From the NCBI GenBank assembly GCA_951406725.2, contig OX597816.1, positions 123,008,001 through 123,072,000 on the forward strand: a stretch of DNA of 64,000 nucleotides. Reading direction: 5' to 3'. This document shows, piece by piece, positions 37,509 to 49,258 of this stretch. The notes below the pieces were generated by a model, which was not told where the DNA came from, searched no databases, and saw nothing but the letters and a program-made list of their open reading frames with translations. Numbering within the stretch: position 1 is the stretch's first letter; every line of letters starts with the position of its first letter. The position numbers were made by a program, and so were the translations under genes. The stretch is from Octopus vulgaris. Lineage: Eukaryota.

Positions 37509-38894
37509 TCATCATCATCATCATCCTTTAGCGTCCGTTTTCCATGCTAGCATGGGTTGGACGGTTCAACTGGGGTCTTTGAAGCCGGAAGGCTGCATCA
37601 GGCCCAGTCAGATCTGGCAGTGTTTCTATGGCTGGATGCCCTTCCTAATGCCAACCACTCCGTGAGTGTAGTGGGTGCTTTTTACGTGCCACCCGCACAG
37701 GTGCCAGACGGAGCTGGCAAACGGCCACGAACGGATGGTGCTTTTACGTGCCACCAGCACGGGGGCCAGGCGAGGCTGGCAATGGACACAAATGGATGGT
37801 GCTTTTACGTGCCACTGGCACGGGGCCAGGCGAGGCTGGCAACAGCCACGAACAGATGGTGTTTACGTGCCACCGGCACGGGGGCCAGGCGAGGCTGGCA
37901 GCGGACACGAACGGATGATGCTTTTACGTCCCACTGGCACGGAAGCCAGACAAGGCGGCGCCGGCAACGACCACGATCGGATGGTTCACTTAACCACAGC
38001 TGCAATTTCCACAGATGTTGATCGACCTCAATTTTGGTTCTGCTTTCTGATATCTGATTTGATTTGGTTTGATTTTGATTTTGACTGTTCTCACTGGTCT
38101 TGCCGGGTCTTCTCATGCACAGCATACTTCCATAGGTCTCGGTCTCTAGTAATTTCCTTGGTGAGACCTAAAGTTCCAAGGTCGTGCTTCACCACCTTGT
38201 CCCAGGTTTTCCTGGGTCTACCTCTTCCACAGGTCCCCTCAACTGCCAGGGTTTGGCACTTTTTCACACACCTATCTTCATCCATTCTCGCCACATGACC
38301 ATACCAGTGCAATCGTCTCTCTTGCACACAACAACTGATGCTTCTTAGGTCCAACTTTTCTCTCAAGGTACTTACACTCTGTCGATTATGAATACTGACA
38401 TTACACATCCATCGGAGCATACTAGCTTCATTTCTTGCGAGCTTACGCAAATCCTCAGCAGTCACAGCCCAAGTTTCACTACCATGTAACATGGCTGTAC
38501 GTACACATGCACCATACAGTCTGCCTTTTACTTTGAGTGAGAGGCCTTTTGTCACCAGCAGGGGTAAGAGCTCTCTAAACTTTGCCTAGGCTATTCTTAC
38601 TCTAGCAGTTACACTTTCAGCACACCAACCCCCGCTACTGACTTAGTCACCTAGGTAGTGGAAGCTATCAACTACTTCTAGTTTTTCTCCCTGGAACGTG
38701 ATAGAAGTTGGTCTCTGCATATTTTCAGAGTTTATTGCTCCTGAGCATCTGCCACAGATAAAAACTATTTTCCTAGTTAGTCTTCCTTTGACATTACTAC
38801 ATCTCTTATGTGTCCATAGCTTACATTTGGTGCATCTTATAGAGTTTCTACCCATGCCTTTTCTACAGATCGAGCAAGGCCATCTACCTGAAGG
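37509..38894 (-). mobile_element. 5'-truncated RTE-clade LINE
   Basis: ORF end VVDSFHYLGD, KVKGRLYGACVRTAMLHGSETW, RRLHWYGHVARM, RGRPRKTW; 3' UTR and (GAT)n tail; in-frame stops. Confidence 0.95.
37675..37985. repeat. Five about 60-bp GC-rich tandem units in the RTE 3' UTR
   Basis: Units start near 37675, 37738, 37799, 37859 and 37918; consensus GTGCTTTTACGTGCCACCGGCACGGGGGCCAGGCGAGGCTGGCAACGGCCACGAACGGATG. Confidence 0.92.
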
Positions 38895-39224
38895 TATATT
38901 AAAAGAAATTTCCACTTTACCACATTAAAGACTACTTTGATTGTAAATGTTTAATGAGAAGAGTGGATGCTTCTCAAAGAACAATTAGTGAATAACAAGT
39001 TACTAATTCAAATTTCTTGAGTGGATAACTTTAACAAAAGTCATAGAAAGTTCATGTGTAACTATTATAGACAAAGTCCTTCATACACAGAAATGCACAT
39101 ATTTATGGTTGGCTGAATATTGAAAAATTGTTGGTAAAAAACAGTGAAATAAATAGCATTGATATATAACAAATATATTTCCATTTCAAGATGAGCACTA
39201 CTGAAATTATGAACTTCTTCTTCC

Positions 39225-39975
39225 ATTTACTGGTTTCAGTTATTGGACTGTGCTTATGCTGAAGCACTATCTTCAAATGCTTTAGTCAATTATTCATATC
39301 AACCCAGTACTTAATCTAGTACTTATTTTATCGGTTTTCTTGTATTGAATAACTAAGGTGTAGGAGTGGCTAATGGTTCTTGGTTCAGTCCCACTGCATG
39401 GCACCTTGGGCAAGTGTCTTCTACTATAGTCTTGGGCTGACCAAAGCCTTGTGAGTGGATTTGGCAGGCAGAAACTGAAAGAAGCCCGTCGTATATATCT
39501 ATGTGTGTGTGTGTGTGTGTGGTTGTGTGTCTGTTTTTCCTCCTCCCCCCAAACATCGCTTGACATCTGATGCTGATGTGTGTAACTTAGCGGTTCGGCA
39601 AAAGAGACTGCTAAAATAAGTACTAGACTTACAAAGAATAAGTCCTGGGGTCGATTTGCTCAACTAAAGGTGGTGCTCCAGCATGGCCACAGTCAAATTA
39701 CTGAAGCAAGTAAAAGAGTAAAAGAGTAACCTATATTTAAAGAATTTCTTCCTTATAGTGATACTGGTATATACAAGTAAAAATACACAGACACTTGCAC
39801 ACACACATGATGGGCTTTCTCATAGTTTCTATCTACCAAATTCCACTCCATAAGTTATTTCTAAAATGGAAGCTCTTGTAGAAGATTTTTGCAAAAGATA
39901 CCACACACAGTGGAATCCAATTCACAAGTACATAGCTGAGAAACTAACCTTATAAATCATCCAACCATATCTGTG
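39225..39975 (-). mobile_element. Old family A SINE hosting an opposite-strand younger copy
   Basis: 3' part at 39225-39356 and 5' part at about 39770-39975 flank the insert. Confidence 0.6.
39357..39730 (+). mobile_element. SINE family A (young, small deletion in head)
   Basis: ggtgtaggagtggct...ggttcagtccc...agtaaaagagtaaaagagta. Confidence 0.9.
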
Positions 39976-40109
39976 CCTTTTGTGCAACTCACCAACTGCA
40001 AAAAAATTAAAAGAAAGATGATTCATATGATTTATGAAGGAAAGTGATATAAGAAATTTATAACAAACTAATTATGTTGAAAAGAAAGTGGAGACCTTTA
40101 CAGGGAGAT

Positions 40110-40487
40110 ATATTCTTTTCTACTCTAGGCACAAGGCTCGAAATGTTTGGGGAGGGGCCCAGTACACAGCTGGTACTTAATTTATCGACTCTGAAAGGAT
40201 GAAAGGCAAGTCAACCTCAGCAGAATTTGAACTTATAATGTAAAGACAGACAAAATACCCATTTCTTTACTACCCACAAGGGGCTAAACACAGAGGGGAC
40301 AAACAAGGACAGACAAACGGATTAAGTTGATTACATCGACCCCAGTACGTAACTGGTACTTATTTAATCGACACCGAAAGGATGAAAGGCAAAGTCGACC
40401 TCGGTGGAATTTGAACTCAGAATGTAACAGCAGACAAAATGCCGCTAAGCATTTTGCCCAGTATACTAATGTTTCTGCCAGCTCACC
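40110..40487 (-). mobile_element. Dimeric SINE family B
   Basis: Two tandem box B plus Meta-like cores (about 40170-40235 and 40350-40420), each with a different tail. Confidence 0.88.
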
Positions 40488-42483
40488 ATTTCTGACAGTT
40501 TGTGGTGTTTATAGAGATTGTGAGACAAATGAGATTGGTGCTGGTTATAGTCTGATTAAATGGTTACAAGCCAACAACTACAAGAAAGACATGAACAAGG
40601 AGAGAAATCTAGAGATCTGTTATCCTAGGATTGAAGAACTAGGTATGATGGCTAGGGCAGACACTTGAATAGTGAGATGTAATATGTGTGATATGTGTGA
40701 TAAGAGGATGAGAGGTGAGTGAGTTGGGAGTGGCTGAGGGGAGATTGCATGAGACCAGCCAGTTAAGAGGACACTAGCTTGTTATAGCAGAAGAAAAGGC
40801 AGAGAGAGAGAGGTGGGGGACAGCATTTCTGTTGGCAAGAAGCAGAGACATGTTCATAACTTGATGTCAGTCAATCAAGAGCTGTTATACTGGATACAGC
40901 CAAAGATGCTTATGTGTACATGAAAATTACAAAATTTCTAAATATGTAGTAAGAGGATTTAAAGTTAATCAAGGCTTTAAATGGCCTTCATTAATTCAGG
41001 GTCCATTCCTCAAAAAATGTATTAAACTGCTTAGTGAGTAAAGAACCAGGATTACGTAATTTGTAAGCGTTTGTGTAAAAAAACGTTATCCAGATGCTGT
41101 TGACTGGCAATAGATACACATTCCACGATACAATAGTGAGCCTCTGTTTTCTGTTTTAAAATGATACTTATAATGTTTTGTTATTCAAGAGAAGTATTTT
41201 CATTTTGAGAAATAGAAATGTGTCCTTGAGGATATTAGTAGAAAACTGTAAGGAAATGCAAGTTCTAAAATTATGCAATAATGTGAATAACAAGTGGATA
41301 TACTGAGTTTGAAACCTTATAGAATTACATCAGTATAACTGGAAATTTGATGGGAGCATATGCTAAAGTAGTCAATATGACTCTCATTCTTGTAGAAGAC
41401 TTATAATATGGCTTTGAAATTGTGTAGAATGTTACTATAGTGAATATTGAAGATTGGATTGTGATTTGATAAACAATTTATGAATGTCACCTGATTGTTG
41501 TTGTTGTTATTGTTATAATTTATTATTGTGAATACAACTTCTCTGACTTGCATTTCTCTGGAAATCTACCAGTGGGTGTTGAATTATCTGAAAGTATATA
41601 TTCCTAGTAAAAACTTATTGTTAAATTCTAGCTGATAACTAAGAAAATCATTTAAAATTCCATTTGATCTTAACTAAATAATAATTAGAATTTATCTCAT
41701 TGAAACTACTTCACTTCGTTATAAAAATATCATATTGCTTAGATTCCTAATTGAATTGTTTTAAAGTAGAAATAAAGAGACTTAGCAAAAATATGTCTGA
41801 TGGCCAGCGGTGATTAAGAAGTTATCAATCATCAATTTAAAGGAGTTCCAGACTCTAAATGGAAATTTAATTTGAGATAATAGTGAAAATTATTCCAGGA
41901 TATTCAGAAATATCAAAAGTAGATCAATCACTACAACATGAGTCTTTCATGAGCCAAAATGGAAATATCTTATAAGAACTAATGTTTCTTTCTGTAATCG
42001 TTCATTTTCTCTTACAGAAAAGGTGTCTGATAACTACTTTTGAACAATTATGGATTGTTAATAAAATCTCCAAACTACAACAACTTTATCTCATATTTGA
42101 GAAGCAATTTTATTTCTAATGCTTTGCTTTTAAGACGCCTGTAAATAAGTTTTTTATGTACTTTACACATTTAAAGCAATTACATCTGCAAAGGTTTTTC
42201 CAGCAGGTGATTCATTCTAGCTGGAGTCAGGGAACTTGCTTGAAATTGATGAAAAATATCACAATCCTTGGAAACCTAGTTTTGATATGAACAATGTTAA
42301 AAATGATGTTCATTCACAAGAGAGGAAGAAAGTAGCAACTGATAATGGGAAAAATATTTTGAAATAGAAGCTTGCTATGTTAGTTCACTATTATATGTGA
42401 GGTTAATAGATCTTGTGCTGGGATTTCTATGAAATTTCTATGGTAATGTTCTCATTAGTAATGTTATCTCAAAATATACTTTC

Positions 42484-42542
<59 letters not shown>

Positions 42543-44469
42543 ATATATATATATATATATATATTCTAATTCTTCAAAATGGTTATTTGACAAAAGAGGA
42601 AAATAAAATTTAGTGGAATGTAACTAATATCTGAATAGCAACCAATATAATGTCATGAATTATTTAGACTATAACTTAATAGGAATAAAAATGCTGAGAG
42701 TTCTATAACTGTATTTTGTGTGAACTCAGTTCTTCCTTAATGTCTGAATAGAGATATTTCTTACATATAGTGCAATCCCATAAAATAAGATTACCACAGA
42801 CCAGTTCTTAATACAGTTAAAGATGATATATGTACTCTTTGCTTCATACAACAAAGAGATGAAGTAAAAGCATGTGTCACAGAATTTAAGATCTCAATAG
42901 GCATGGTTACTTGTAATTTAATTGCCATTTTCTGATTTTGAAATTTGTTTTATTCCCGCTTGTGTTTTCTCAGTTCATTTAGTTACAGAAATATTTGGCA
43001 TGACAAAAATATGCTCCCTGAGAATATTCGACAGATATTCTTCAGGATCTTTGTTTCTTTAAGAAAGTTTTTTTTACCCAGCTGCAACATTGACAATGTC
43101 TCTTAAACCTGATAGTTATTTAAACCTGATGGAAATTTAAATAAAAAAAAAAGAATGAACTAATTAATGTCATTAACTTCTCTTTGAGCAAATCCTTCTA
43201 GGTGACTCAAGCACTCACAATTCCTCGTGGATTTTACACTCATCCAAAACTAATGTTGTAGGGTAAAAGATAATCTTTTGCTGTTTTTAATTCTTTACAC
43301 CAATTTGTTTCATCTCCTACTCATATTCCAGAGTAGTTTGCAAATAATTTTCTCAGGGCAAAATTTAACCTCTACTAAACAGTAACTGTCACTTGTCACT
43401 GCACATACTGGGATTTCTAATCCCTGCTTCACCACGGCTATGCAACATGCAATGATTTACACACTCAACTGTTGCCTGGCTCCTGTAATACATCATAAGA
43501 GGAAGGGGTGCAGCTGTTCACCACTTTTATGCCAATTATCTCAGGCAGTGATTTTGTTTTATTCTTGACAAACTAAAAATAGCTAGCCAGTACCTGAAAT
43601 TATTCTTTTAGGCATGTCTTCTTCATGTCACATTCAGTTATAGCAATACTGAAATTGTTCAGGACATAAAAATGGAAAAGACAAGCAAGGCCTAGAATGC
43701 CTGTAAAATTTTACTCCCCTCCAAAAATGGCTTTCACCCACCAGTGCAACTCTTGTAAAATCCCTTTCTGGTCTGCAAAGTGTAATGGATGTCTTCATGA
43801 AAGACACATCCCTTAAGTGTTTTAGTTTTCTGGCTATTTGATGAAACGTTATGCATCAATACCGTTTTAAAAATGAAGGGAAATTACTAAACTGTTATAA
43901 CTCTGCTTTGCCTGCGTACTTATACATCGCTCGTTTGTTTCGTCATAAAAGATTATATAAAATATATCATAGCAGTATGTTTCAGAAATATTGATGAGAT
44001 TTCAAAATATTTTTGTTGCCTTTTGTCTTTTGAAGAAGCCAAATAAATGCTTTGTAAGTGATGTGACTAAACAACATCAATTAATATGTTAATCTGTACA
44101 AATTAACATGTTAATTATTTCTTACTATGTGCCTTTGCTAAATGTACTTGGAGTAATCACAAAATTGCTAGAGCATTTATTAATTAAATGTCAGAAAAAT
44201 AAATTATGCAAAAGTGTTAGTGAATACATGCGCACATACACACACACACACCCATACACAGACACAGACACACGAACATGCACACATGCACACACACAAT
44301 AACAGCAACAACAACAACTACACACATATATTTTAGAAACCTAATCACAAGATTTCAAAATCAACGATTCAAATGAATCATATATATTAATTATTGTATA
44401 ATTACATATAGATATATATATTTGAATCAATATCTACACACACACACACACACACACGCACACGTATGT

Positions 44470-44797
44470 CCCCTACTCTCTTCAAGGATCTTTGTCTTGC
44501 AAGTTACTCAGTGATCCTATCAGTGTTGGTGCCATGTGAAAAGCGACACAATTATACAATCATATTTGGTCTTTAAGAGATAAAGGTGTCGATTATAACA
44601 TACAATGTCTGTGCTGCTGTCACATAAAAGACACCCGGTATACTCTGCAGGGTGTTTGGTGTTAGGAAGGTTATCCAGCCATAAGAACCTTGCCATAACA
44701 GACACAGAAGTCTTGTGCAATCTTCTGCCAGAACAGCTCCTTTCAAACCATCCAACCCATACTAGTATGGAAAGCAGACATTAAACGATGATGATGA
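44470..44797 (+). mobile_element. Orphan RTE-type 3' end element
   Basis: ggtgttaggaaggttatccagcc...ccatccaacccatactagtatggaaagcagacattaaac(gat)n. Confidence 0.75.
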
Positions 44798-44948
44798 TAT
44801 ATATACAAATACATATATACATACATAATACACACACATACACATATATAAATACATACGTGTGTATGTGTGTGTTTGAGTGTGTGTGTGTGAGTGTGTG
44901 TGTATGTATACACATTCGTACTGTTCCATGATGATGCCAAGTGGGCAC

Positions 44949-45029
44949 AGCCTGAAGGATTGCATGAAAACACCAGACATGTTAATATATGCTGTCTGAG
45001 CTGTTGTTATTGCATGAAACTAACAGTAG

Positions 45030-45031
<2 letters not shown>
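44949..45031 (+). ncRNA. Type I hammerhead-like motif with long stem II
   Basis: AGC-CUGAAGGA-U-[UGCA..AACA..CAGACA / UGUCUG..UGUU..UGCA]-U-GAA-ACU-AAC-AGU-A-GCU; a truncated duplicate at 45128-45150 has canonical CUGAGGA. Confidence 0.55.
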
Positions 45032-45070
<39 letters not shown>

Positions 45071-45491
45071 TAACACACACACACACACACACACTCATAC
45101 TGTTCTGTGATGATGCCAAAAGGGCTCAGCCTGAGGATTGCATGAAAAATCCCACATACACATACACACATATGTAATCGATTAAGGAAACAGAAGATAG
45201 ATTTGGTATTAGTCTTTATTCCATATAACAATTGTTTCAACCCATCCTGCAACTATCCTTTATGGGTAGAATGTTGTGCATCGTATTGCGTTGCAGATGA
45301 AACCAGATAGCCCAAACTATGCTAGTGCTTTACTCAACACATCAACACACTAATTGACATATACCCATTAGTCCAAAAGTTACACACACATACACATATA
45401 TACATACATATATATATCTTTCAATATGTGACCGCATGTGTATCATTGGTGATTTTCTTTCTCCGTCTTCCCTTCTTTAGACTTTTTCTAT

Positions 45492-45526
45492 ACTTCTGAT
45501 AAAGAGCTCCGCTCGAAACGTGAAAT
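45492..45526 (+). ncRNA. Degenerate minimal hammerhead motif in a (TA)n-flanked PLE-like relic (about 45420-45610)
   Basis: CUGAUAA-A-GAGC-UCC-GCUC-GAAA-CG-UG; G8 and H17 are non-canonical. Confidence 0.5.
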
Positions 45527-45797
45527 CCTCTTTCTTTTCTTTCCTTTCCTGTACTTATTCCATGTCCTCGCGTTGTTGTTTTTTTCTTGCTTGTTCATGT
45601 TTGGATTGACTATATATATATATATATATACACACACACATGCACACAAGTATATACATAATCAAGATATAGTCACTACCCAAAACAAAAAGATTAAATT
45701 TATCTACCTATCTACTTATATGTGTGTGTGTGTGTGTGTAATACAAGAGGGATAATATGGACCAGAGTAATGTCTGTAAAAGTTCAGATATAATTAT

Positions 45798-45834
<37 letters not shown>

Positions 45835-46282
45835 TGGTTATGGTCAAGAAGATCACTTCTGTCTCAAGTTCAGTTGCCCTCCGCTACACATTTCCACATG
45901 TCCAGACATGCTATTGGAAATGAAGGTTACCACTTCCATGATAATGACACTCATTTGCAACTATCACACTATGGCAAGGCAAAGAGATAATAATACATAG
46001 AAAATAGTTACTAATTAGTGAATTTCTTCGATGTATCACCAGAACTGGAAACTGGTTTATATGCACCATATCACAAATCCAATGAAATATAATAATACAG
46101 CTTAAATCTATAACTGCACATATTATGTAATAATATAATAATAGTCTTGAGTTTCTATGTCAATGAAGCAATTAGAAATTAATGTAATGAAATAACTTGC
46201 TCACTTTACTCTCCGTGTTGATAACCATATATATGTATATATACATAGCATATTTGTATATATACATAACATATATGTAATA

Positions 46283-46840
46283 TCTATTATATAAAATTCT
46301 TTCTGTCTGTGTGTGTGTCTTCTAGAATCTCGGGCATCCTCGATCCAATTGCGCTCAAATTTGATATGTAGATACCGATGGTATCAGGGCGTGTATAAGT
46401 CTTGAAAAAATTGCAAAAATCGATTCCATGTGGGAATGCGATCGATAAAGCCGTGGGAACGTGCATTTGTACGTGAAAGTACATCAGCTGTTGCAGTTTG
46501 TGCAAAAAAAGCTGACTGGCTTGAAATAATGTCACAATATGCAGTATATTTAAGAGACCAAAAAAGTAAGATGCAAAAGAGATATTTTCTTCAAACTTGG
46601 CATGAAGGAAGGAAAGACTATTTTGGTTTCTCAAGAAGTTTTTTTTATTTTTTCCGTAACTTCATTTAACAAAACCAAAAACTTTATTGAAATAAAGGCA
46701 TGCTTAATTATTTTTTAATGAAAAGAAAACACTGATTGCTTTTTATTCAGCAGTCATGATTCAGCACTGTTCATTGGATGGTGGAGAGCGTTTTGCTTGT
46801 AACCTACATAGTAGATATATAAATGGGGTTAATTTAGTTA
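46283..46840 (+). mobile_element. Helitron-like non-autonomous element, 5' portion
   Basis: a|TCTATTATATAAAA start followed by (TG)/(TCTG) and a CpG-rich body; 3' end not identified. Confidence 0.55.
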
Positions 46841-47094
46841 TTTTCCTGTACATTAAAAAAACTGATGAACAATCTGTTTTAAAAATTTATTGGATTCTCA
46901 TGAGAGGAGCCCACATCAGCTTGACCGATCCAAGAGAAACAAACAACCAGTCAGTTTATATACTCAACAATTACAGTAGCTAAAGAAAAACATTTGCTAC
47001 TAATTTGCATACCATAAGTGTTTTATATATATATAAGTATGAGTGTGTGTGTGTGTGTAAATGCATTCATATATATATATATATATATCTTATG

Positions 47095-47298
47095 TAAAAA
47101 TGAGTTGCGACGTCACGAGTGCCAAGCTGTATCGGCCTTTGCCTTTCCCTTGGATAACACTGGTGGCATGGAGAGGGGAGGCCGGTATGCATGGGCGACT
47201 GCTGGTCTTCCATAAACAACCATGCCCAGATTTGTGACTAGGAGGGTAACTTTCTAGGTGCAATCCCATGGTCAGTGTCGTGACCGAAGGGGGTCCCG
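47095..47298 (+). mobile_element. 5'-truncated SINE family C (tail type 1)
   Basis: Matches 31878-32078. Confidence 0.88.
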
Positions 47299-49184
47299 GA
47301 TATATCTTATGTACATTGGATGAATCAAAGCTGATGTTTAATTCTGTAGCTACATCAACTTTCCCATTCTAAGATGTTCTTCAAAGTGATTGGTATTAAT
47401 AGCTTCTTTTTTAGGCACTTGATAGTAGGTGAACAGGATGTGACATTGCTGCTGTTTCATGCATATGGTGGATTTGCTTAGTACCTATCTGTGTAATTTT
47501 TTTTTATCTTTCATTTGTTACACAGAATGTTTCTGGTTCAACTATAACTAATCTTTATGCTGTTTTTGTTGAACAATTGCACAAGCTTTTTGTGGTCAAT
47601 GAAAAAATATTTTCATCAGTATTAGGAAATTTCTGGTAACATTAATATTAAAGAGTGGGGTCAATGCAATATGATGTTTCTTTGATTTGAGTTTATGAGT
47701 ATTTCACATTTTTTATTTAAATCCCATTTTTCTTATTTCATTATTGTTGTGATATTTCATGATTCATCATTTTTGTTTTTGTTAAGGAAAACATTAAATA
47801 TTTTCCAACTAACGTTACTTACTAGATTTATGATTAGAATTCTTTTTCATGCCAATAATAATTTCTATATAGATATATACTTACATGTAGTTAGGTAATG
47901 TAAAATTTAAGCACTTAAAGTGCTTAGGGGGAAGGTAATAGTAGTTCTTGGCCCTAGATCAATCCCAAATGTGCAAACCTATTATAAAACTTACATTAGA
48001 CATGACATAACCATTCATTTTTCATTCATAGTGTACAAAAAACTCAAATGTTGTGCTTTTCCTGGGTTTGCTACTGTTTTCAAGATGAATAATGCTGCTC
48101 TATAAAATTGATTGTGGTAGTTCTAACAGTATTATAAGTTTGTATATAGCTTAGAAATATTTCTGGAGGTTTTCTTTTCTTTATACATTGGTGGAGCTTT
48201 TGTTTGCCTTTAATATTTTTATATCATCAGCATAGCAAGTTAAAATGACTGTTCACATAAATGAGGACATGTTTGAGGGAGTTATTATAAAGAGTAAATG
48301 GTCCCAAGGAGTACTCTACTTAGAGTACTATTTTGAAAAAGTGATGCTGGTTACAATGGATTGACTTCTGTCTGTTCAATGTATAGTTTTCTCTTCAAAA
48401 CATAAAAAAATATATCGCAAGAAAATGTCCATATTCATGCCTAATAAACAATAAACTATTACAGATTATGTTTCTTTTTTTGTATTTCATACTCCTTTCT
48501 ATCAGATATAATATAAGTCAATGTAGTAACATGAAAGAATAAATGACTTGCAAATCTGTCCAGTTTGATTTTTGTAAACATCATCTAACCTACTCTCAAA
48601 TTTTATGATCTAATCAGTTCAGCTCTCAGATCAAAAATATTATCAGCTAAGTCAACTTTTTCTCCCAGCTTGATCTATTAAAGAATAATACTTTTGATAT
48701 TCTACAGGGTATGAGTGTCAGTTCTTTGTTCCTTTAATTGTTTGTTAGTTTTCATTAAGATGTTAAATATTGGAAAGCTTTATCAATCTACTTATAGATA
48801 AAATGTCTTTGAAATACATAAAATATTTTAACACTAATTATGCTGCAATTCTGAAAAATATTTAAAAACTTGTCTTATGAGAGGACAGGATAATTTTAAT
48901 AATGCTGATCTGAGTTGTTGCAGAAATAATGAGGTTTGGGGTATAATTAATGAAATTTATAGCAATAACCATCACTAAATTACTTGGAACAAATGACTAT
49001 GGATCATCAGATGAAACAGTATTACAAGCTGGTTTTTATATATAACTTATATAAATTCATATATTTAAAATTATATATCAATTTACATTTAAATCTCAAA
49101 ATGCTCTCAACTGTAACATATCTATTTTAAATGGTTCAATTTACTGCAAATTTTAAAATATAAAACAATATAATTATTGATAAA

Positions 49185-49258
49185 TTTTCTTTTACTTTTT
49201 CAGGTGAGTTACCATACTTCATTTAACTCTGTTTTCAAAGAACATCTCACAGGTAATA
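49185..49258 (+). promoter_or_regulatory. Candidate recursive splice site with 49-nt RS-exon
   Basis: ttgat branch-like motif at 49177-49181; TTTTCTTTTACTTTTTCAG|GTGAGT at 49203/49204; second donor CAG|GTAATA at 49252/49253. Confidence 0.5.

Noticed and set aside
37557-38298. GC-rich overlapping ORFs and a CRISPR-like look of the 60-bp array
   Set aside because: Contiguous tandem units with no unique spacers, no cas genes, and the context is a LINE 3' UTR
44928-44999. Box C/D snoRNA-like pattern (ATGATGA...CTGA...CTGA)
   Set aside because: No terminal stem, the duplicate lacks the D box, and the hammerhead fold explains more of the sequence
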